DNA of 64,000 nucleotides from an uncultured Chloroflexia bacterium (GTDB taxonomy: Bacteria > Chloroflexota > Limnocylindria > Limnocylindrales > CSP1-4), in contig CAWEKG010000002.1 in NCBI GenBank assembly GCA_963809595.1, forward strand, positions 724,713 through 788,712, read 5' to 3'. The notes under the pieces are model-generated. The model did no database searches. It was not told the DNA's origin and worked only from the letters and a program-made list of their open reading frames with translations. The translations under genes and the position numbers were made by a program. Shown here in pieces: positions 60,797 through 64,000 of this stretch (its first letter is position 1; each line of letters opens with the position of its first letter).

Positions 60797-61897
60797 TCAG
60801 TCGTCCTCGAGGTCGGCGTCGGAGCTGGGACCGGAGCCTCCGGGCTCCCCTGCCCCGCGCACCTGGATCGTCCCCACGAAGGCGCCACTGTCGTCGAGGC
60901 CGACCCGCATCGAGAGGGCCAGGACGCGACCATCCGGCAACGAGCAGGTGCCCCCGAGACGACCCTGCCGGGCGCTCGTGATGTCGCCCTGGCAGGTCGC
61001 CCCGGATGGATCGACCGTGAGGGTCAGCGGGGCGGTCTGCGCGTCGCCGGCCAGCGGGATCTTCGCCTGGAACCGACCGGCCACACCACCGCTCATCTTC
61101 GCGTCGATGACCAGCGTGCCGCCGTTCGCGTCGGTCTGGTTGGCCGTCCCCTTGAGTGTGGCCTGGAACGGCAGCTCGATCCGCTCCGGGGTCGCTGTGG
61201 GCGCGGGCCGGGCGACGGCGACGGCGGCCGGCGCCGGAGTAGCGGCGCCACCCGCTGCCGCGGCCCAGCCCGGGGCGAGCGGCCCGGTCCCGGCCCAGGC
61301 ACCGATCGCGAGGACGGAGACGGCCGCGCCGACGAGAAGCGCCGGCCGGAGACGACCCACCGCGCCGGTCGGCCACAGGCGCCAGGCCAGGAGCGACCCG
61401 ACGAGGATCGCGCCGCCCACGTAGATCGCGATCGCCCACGGCGTCCGGGCGTCGCTGCCGGTCCCCAGACCGTGGATCGTCGCGAAGACGTAGACCACGA
61501 AGGCGAGGGTGTGGAACCGTCGCCACCAGTCGTAGCCGATCCGGGCCCGGACCCGCTCGCTCAGGTAGATGGCCAGGAGGAGGTCGCCGGCGACGATGCC
61601 GAAGGCCATCCAGACCGGTCGGTAGTGGCTGGCGAACGGGATGACGAGCTCGGGCAGGCTCAGCTTGATGAATGGGTCGACCGCCACCGCGATCCCGTGG
61701 ACGATCGTGAAGACGAGGGCCAGCAGGGTGACGAAGCGGTGGAGCTCGTTGGTCACGAAACGCGGGTAGCGGACCGACTTCCAGCGCAGGCTCAGGACCA
61801 GGCCGATGACCACCGAGGCGAGCATCAGGCCGTAGGCGGTGAACCCGCCGATCCGGGCGATGTCCCAGGTCAGGCCCTGGATCTCCGTCGGGCTCAT
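60797..61897 (-). CDS. ferric-reductase-like (MsrQ/YedZ-type) transmembrane haem-binding domain protein with an extra C-terminal domain
   Basis: Six helices with His pairs (ELHRFVTLLALVFTIVHG and RFHTLAFVVYVFATIHG). The last ~130 aa are a soluble Thr/Gly-rich beta-type domain. There is an ATGA overlap with apbE. Confidence 0.75.
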   Translation of the reverse strand: MSPTEIQGLTWDIARIGGFTAYGLMLASVVIGLVLSLRWKSVRYPRFVTNELHRFVTLLALVFTIVHGIAVAVDPFIKLSLPELVIPFASHYRPVWMAFGIVAGDLLLAIYLSERVRARIGYDWWRRFHTLAFVVYVFATIHGLGTGSDARTPWAIAIYVGGAILVGSLLAWRLWPTGAVGRLRPALLVGAAVSVLAIGAWAGTGPLAPGWAAAAGGAATPAPAAVAVARPAPTATPERIELPFQATLKGTANQTDANGGTLVIDAKMSGGVAGRFQAKIPLAGDAQTAPLTLTVDPSGATCQGDITSARQGRLGGTCSLPDGRVLALSMRVGLDDSGAFVGTIQVRGAGEPGGSGPSSDADLEDD

Positions 61898-62922
61898 GCG
61901 TACGCTCCGTCGGCCGGGGCGCCTTCGTCGGTCCGCCAGCGGCCCACCGGCAGCGCCGAACCGGCGTCCGAGATCAGGACCCCGCTCAGACCGTGCTCGG
62001 CGAGGAACACCTCGCCGACCTCGCGACCGAGGAGGAGGGCGACCTTGGCGGCCACCTCGGCGACCCGACAGCTCGGGGCCACGACGGTGACAGAGCGCAG
62101 ACCGGTGGCGGCGGGCAGACCGGTCCGCGGATCGAGCAGGTGGTGACGCTCATCGCCCGAGACGCGCCAGCGCCGGCGCGTGGTGGACGACGTGGCGAGG
62201 GCCCCGTGCGCGATCCGGACCGCGGGAACGCCCTCGGCTTCGACGAGGGCGATCGGCCAGGCGTCCAGCGATGGCGGCGTGCCCCGGACGGCGAGGTCTC
62301 CGCCGGCGTCGACGGCCGCCGGCTCGATCCCCCGAGCGACCAGCAGGTCGAGGGCGGCATCGACCGCCATCCCCTTGGCGATGCCCCCGAAGTCGAGGCT
62401 CGTCCCGCTCGGGACCCGGACCGATCGGGCGGCCGGGTCGATCTCGATCGAGCGCCAGGCGCCGGCGTTCCACGGCGCCAGCACCCGACCGGCCGCCGAG
62501 TCCGCCGGCAGCTCCGCGAAGGTCCGGTCGTAGCCGAGGGCGATCATCCGGGCGCCGACCGTCGGGTCGAACAGGCCGCCCGTGGCATGGGCCGCCGCGA
62601 CGGCCGCCCGGATGACGTCGATGAAGACCTCGCTCACGGCGACCGTTCGGCCGGCCGAGGCGTTGACCCGGGAGAGCTCACTGTCGGCCCGGAACCGGCT
62701 GAGGCGACGATCCCAGTCGTCGAACAGGTCCCTCACGAGCGGGCCGGCCTCCGGGGCGGCGACCGGCGCCACCACCTCGAGGGTCGTGCCCATGACCCGG
62801 TAGCTCCAGCGACGCATCCCGGCCGGGGTCACCCCCGCGGAAGGGACGTCAGCGGCCGGCCCGATCGGGACCGGGCGATCGTCCGACGGAACGGTCGCCT
62901 GGTGGATGGCTGATGCCGTCAT
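61894..62922 (-). CDS. apbE: FAD:protein FMN transferase (ApbE family)
   Basis: VMGTTLEV, SELSRVN, GLFDPTVG, LDFGGIAKGMAVD and HHLLDPRTG. Confidence 0.88.
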   Translation of the reverse strand: MTASAIHQATVPSDDRPVPIGPAADVPSAGVTPAGMRRWSYRVMGTTLEVVAPVAAPEAGPLVRDLFDDWDRRLSRFRADSELSRVNASAGRTVAVSEVFIDVIRAAVAAAHATGGLFDPTVGARMIALGYDRTFAELPADSAAGRVLAPWNAGAWRSIEIDPAARSVRVPSGTSLDFGGIAKGMAVDAALDLLVARGIEPAAVDAGGDLAVRGTPPSLDAWPIALVEAEGVPAVRIAHGALATSSTTRRRWRVSGDERHHLLDPRTGLPAATGLRSVTVVAPSCRVAEVAAKVALLLGREVGEVFLAEHGLSGVLISDAGSALPVGRWRTDEGAPADGAYA

Positions 62923-62925
62923 CCG

Positions 62926-63360
62926 TCAGGAGCCGCCCGACTGGAAGGCCGGGCCACTGCCGCCCCCGCCCCCGCCCCCGCCCCCGCCGAACCCGCCGCT
63001 CGGTCCGAAGGCCGGAGCCGCCTGGTTGCCGCCGCTCCCGGGGTTCGGGTCGAAGAACGGGTCGACCGTCGTGACGCCCGGGTTCGTGTGAGTGCCGGTC
63101 GATCCCCCGCCGGCGGCCGGCTGGGTCGCAGACGACGCCGCCGTGCCGATCGGGTGGTTGACGACGAGCCCCGCGAACGCGCCGACGGTCACGGCGGTCG
63201 CCACGATCGCGACGCCCTTCAGGCGTCGGACGGTCACCAGGTGGTCGGCACGAGCGGGTCCAGGAGCGGGCGGGCGGGCGACGGGACGGGCCGAGGGGCG
63301 GCGGAGCGTCCCGACGGGCACGCCGGGTCGCGCGGCGAAGCGCGGATCGGATGAGTCCAT
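62926..63360 (-). CDS. single-pass membrane protein with Gly-rich extracytoplasmic tail
   Basis: ATG ORF ending 3 nt before apbE. TM helix GVAIVATAVTVGAFAGLVV. The tail reads ...GGFGGGGGGGGGGSGPAFQSGGS. The antisense poly-Pro ORF 62906..63091 is rejected. Confidence 0.5.
   Translation of the reverse strand: MDSSDPRFAARPGVPVGTLRRPSARPVARPPAPGPARADHLVTVRRLKGVAIVATAVTVGAFAGLVVNHPIGTAASSATQPAAGGGSTGTHTNPGVTTVDPFFDPNPGSGGNQAAPAFGPSGGFGGGGGGGGGGSGPAFQSGGS
62959..62988 (-). repeat. hexanucleotide microsatellite (CGCCCC) x about 4.5
   Basis: cgcccc cgcccc cgcccc cgcccc cgcc on the + strand. It encodes the poly-Gly run. The unit length preserves the reading frame. Confidence 0.7.
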
Positions 63361-63618
63361 GCCCCGCAGACTACCGACCGTTCCTTTGATGGTTCTGAGA
63401 GCGGCTCACCTCCCCTTGGAAGAAAGCCCGATCGCCGCTTGTTGCTCCCGAGCGTGAGAGGCACACCCTGCTCTGCTCACGAGATCCGGGGGGTGTAGGT
63501 TGCTGTCGACCTGACCTCGGGGAGTCGGTTCGGGCAGGGGGCTTGGCGTACGATCCTCGTCGGGTTCGGGGTGGCAGTGGGGCGCCTATGCGTGCCGGAT
63601 CGTGGTTGGAGGCGAGCA

Positions 63619-63834
63619 ATGACTGAACCCAAGCGACCGAGGCGGGACGTGGTCGTCACCATGACTCCCTACTCACCCGAGGAGATAGCGGCGATGCAGG
63701 GTAGTTGGGTCATCGGTCCGGTCATCAGGCCCGGGGCGAACTCGACCGACTCTTCCGAACAGCCCCGGACGCTTACGCCGCCCTCCGAGCCGTCTGCGGA
63801 AGCCACGGACGGCGACTCGGAGGCGACCTCGTAG
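63619..63834 (+). CDS. small hypothetical protein (71 aa)
   Basis: GGAGG lies 6 nt upstream of ATG 63619. The protein has a basic N-terminus and an acidic Ser/Pro/Glu-rich tail. I recognise no family. Confidence 0.4.
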   Translation: MTEPKRPRRDVVVTMTPYSPEEIAAMQGSWVIGPVIRPGANSTDSSEQPRTLTPPSEPSAEATDGDSEATS

Positions 63835-63909
63835 CGCCGTCCTTCAGAAGGCTCATCGAGGACGCTCGAGGAGACCCATTCCTCGGAGTGGAGCCGTCTA
63901 CCCCAGGTT

Positions 63910-63985
63910 TGGCGTCCCCGGAAGGGTTCGAACCTTCGACCTACCGCTTAGAAGGCGGTTGCTCTGTCCGCTGAGCTACGGGGAC
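63910..63985 (-). tRNA. tRNA-Arg: tRNA-Arg (anticodon TCT), CCA encoded
   Basis: I folded it by hand: acceptor GTCCCCG/CGGGGAC, D stem GCTC/GAGC, anticodon stem ACCGC/GCGGT with loop CTTCTAA, T arm GAAGG-TTCGAAC-CCTTC, then G-CCA. Confidence 0.9.
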
Positions 63986-64000
63986 GAGGCCTCGCGCTCA

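Noticed and set aside
62906-63091. The + strand ORF encoding a poly-Pro protein (PPPPPPPPPP).
   Set aside because: It is antisense to a minus-strand ORF that has a start codon, a clear transmembrane helix and operon-like spacing to apbE. The poly-Pro run is just the complement of the poly-Gly hexamer repeat.
59389-63985. Integrated mobile element suggested by an excisionase-family HTH gene and a nearby tRNA-Arg. The same idea applies to tRNA-Lys at 18989.
   Set aside because: The window has no integrase, recombinase, transposase or phage genes, and I found no direct repeat of either tRNA 3' end. The small HTH protein is more like a BldC-type regulator.

Overview
64-kb segment of a very GC-rich bacterial chromosome. 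Hand counts on single 60-nt lines give about 75-78% GC in typical genes. Gene content looks like Actinomycetota, and both tRNAs encode their CCA ends. I can support about 60 protein-coding genes, 2 tRNAs (Lys-CTT, Arg-TCT), several candidate operators, promoters and terminators, and three in-frame coding tandem repeats. I found no rRNA, CRISPR array, transposase or integrase.

Readable content:
- Housekeeping genes: carA-carB, folE, trxA.
- A pair of M16 peptidases next to an ECF sigma gene.
- An LCP-family cell-wall transferase.
- An AsnB-like amidotransferase plus an acyltransferase-3 gene beside tRNA-Lys.
- A short-chain acyl-CoA block: thiolase, aldehyde dehydrogenase, acyl-CoA dehydrogenase, 3-hydroxyacyl-CoA dehydrogenase, a MeaB GTPase and a small B12-binding mutase subunit. 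The matching mutase large subunit lies 9 kb away.
- Two ArsR-type regulators with palindromic operators.
- An ABC-2 exporter.
- A kinase-like DUF4032 / GNAT / methyltransferase operon.
- A GMC oxidoreductase.
- A trio of PLP enzymes and a methyltransferase.
- An orphan Flp pilin.
- An ApbE / ferric-reductase-like operon.

Most interesting candidate: an ECF sigma gene translationally coupled (ATGA overlap) to a protein that fuses an O6-alkylguanine alkyltransferase domain (PCHR) to an Ada-type Cys4 zinc module. It occupies the slot normally held by an anti-sigma factor. This could be an alkylation-sensing sigma switch; that is inference only.

Major caveat: at least 13 single-nucleotide frame switches interrupt otherwise well-conserved genes, some in G/C homopolymer runs. 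The assembly may carry indel errors, or the genome may be decaying. Coordinates of interrupted genes span the reconstructed gene. Many long ORFs in the supplied track are alternate-frame artefacts of high GC and were not called.
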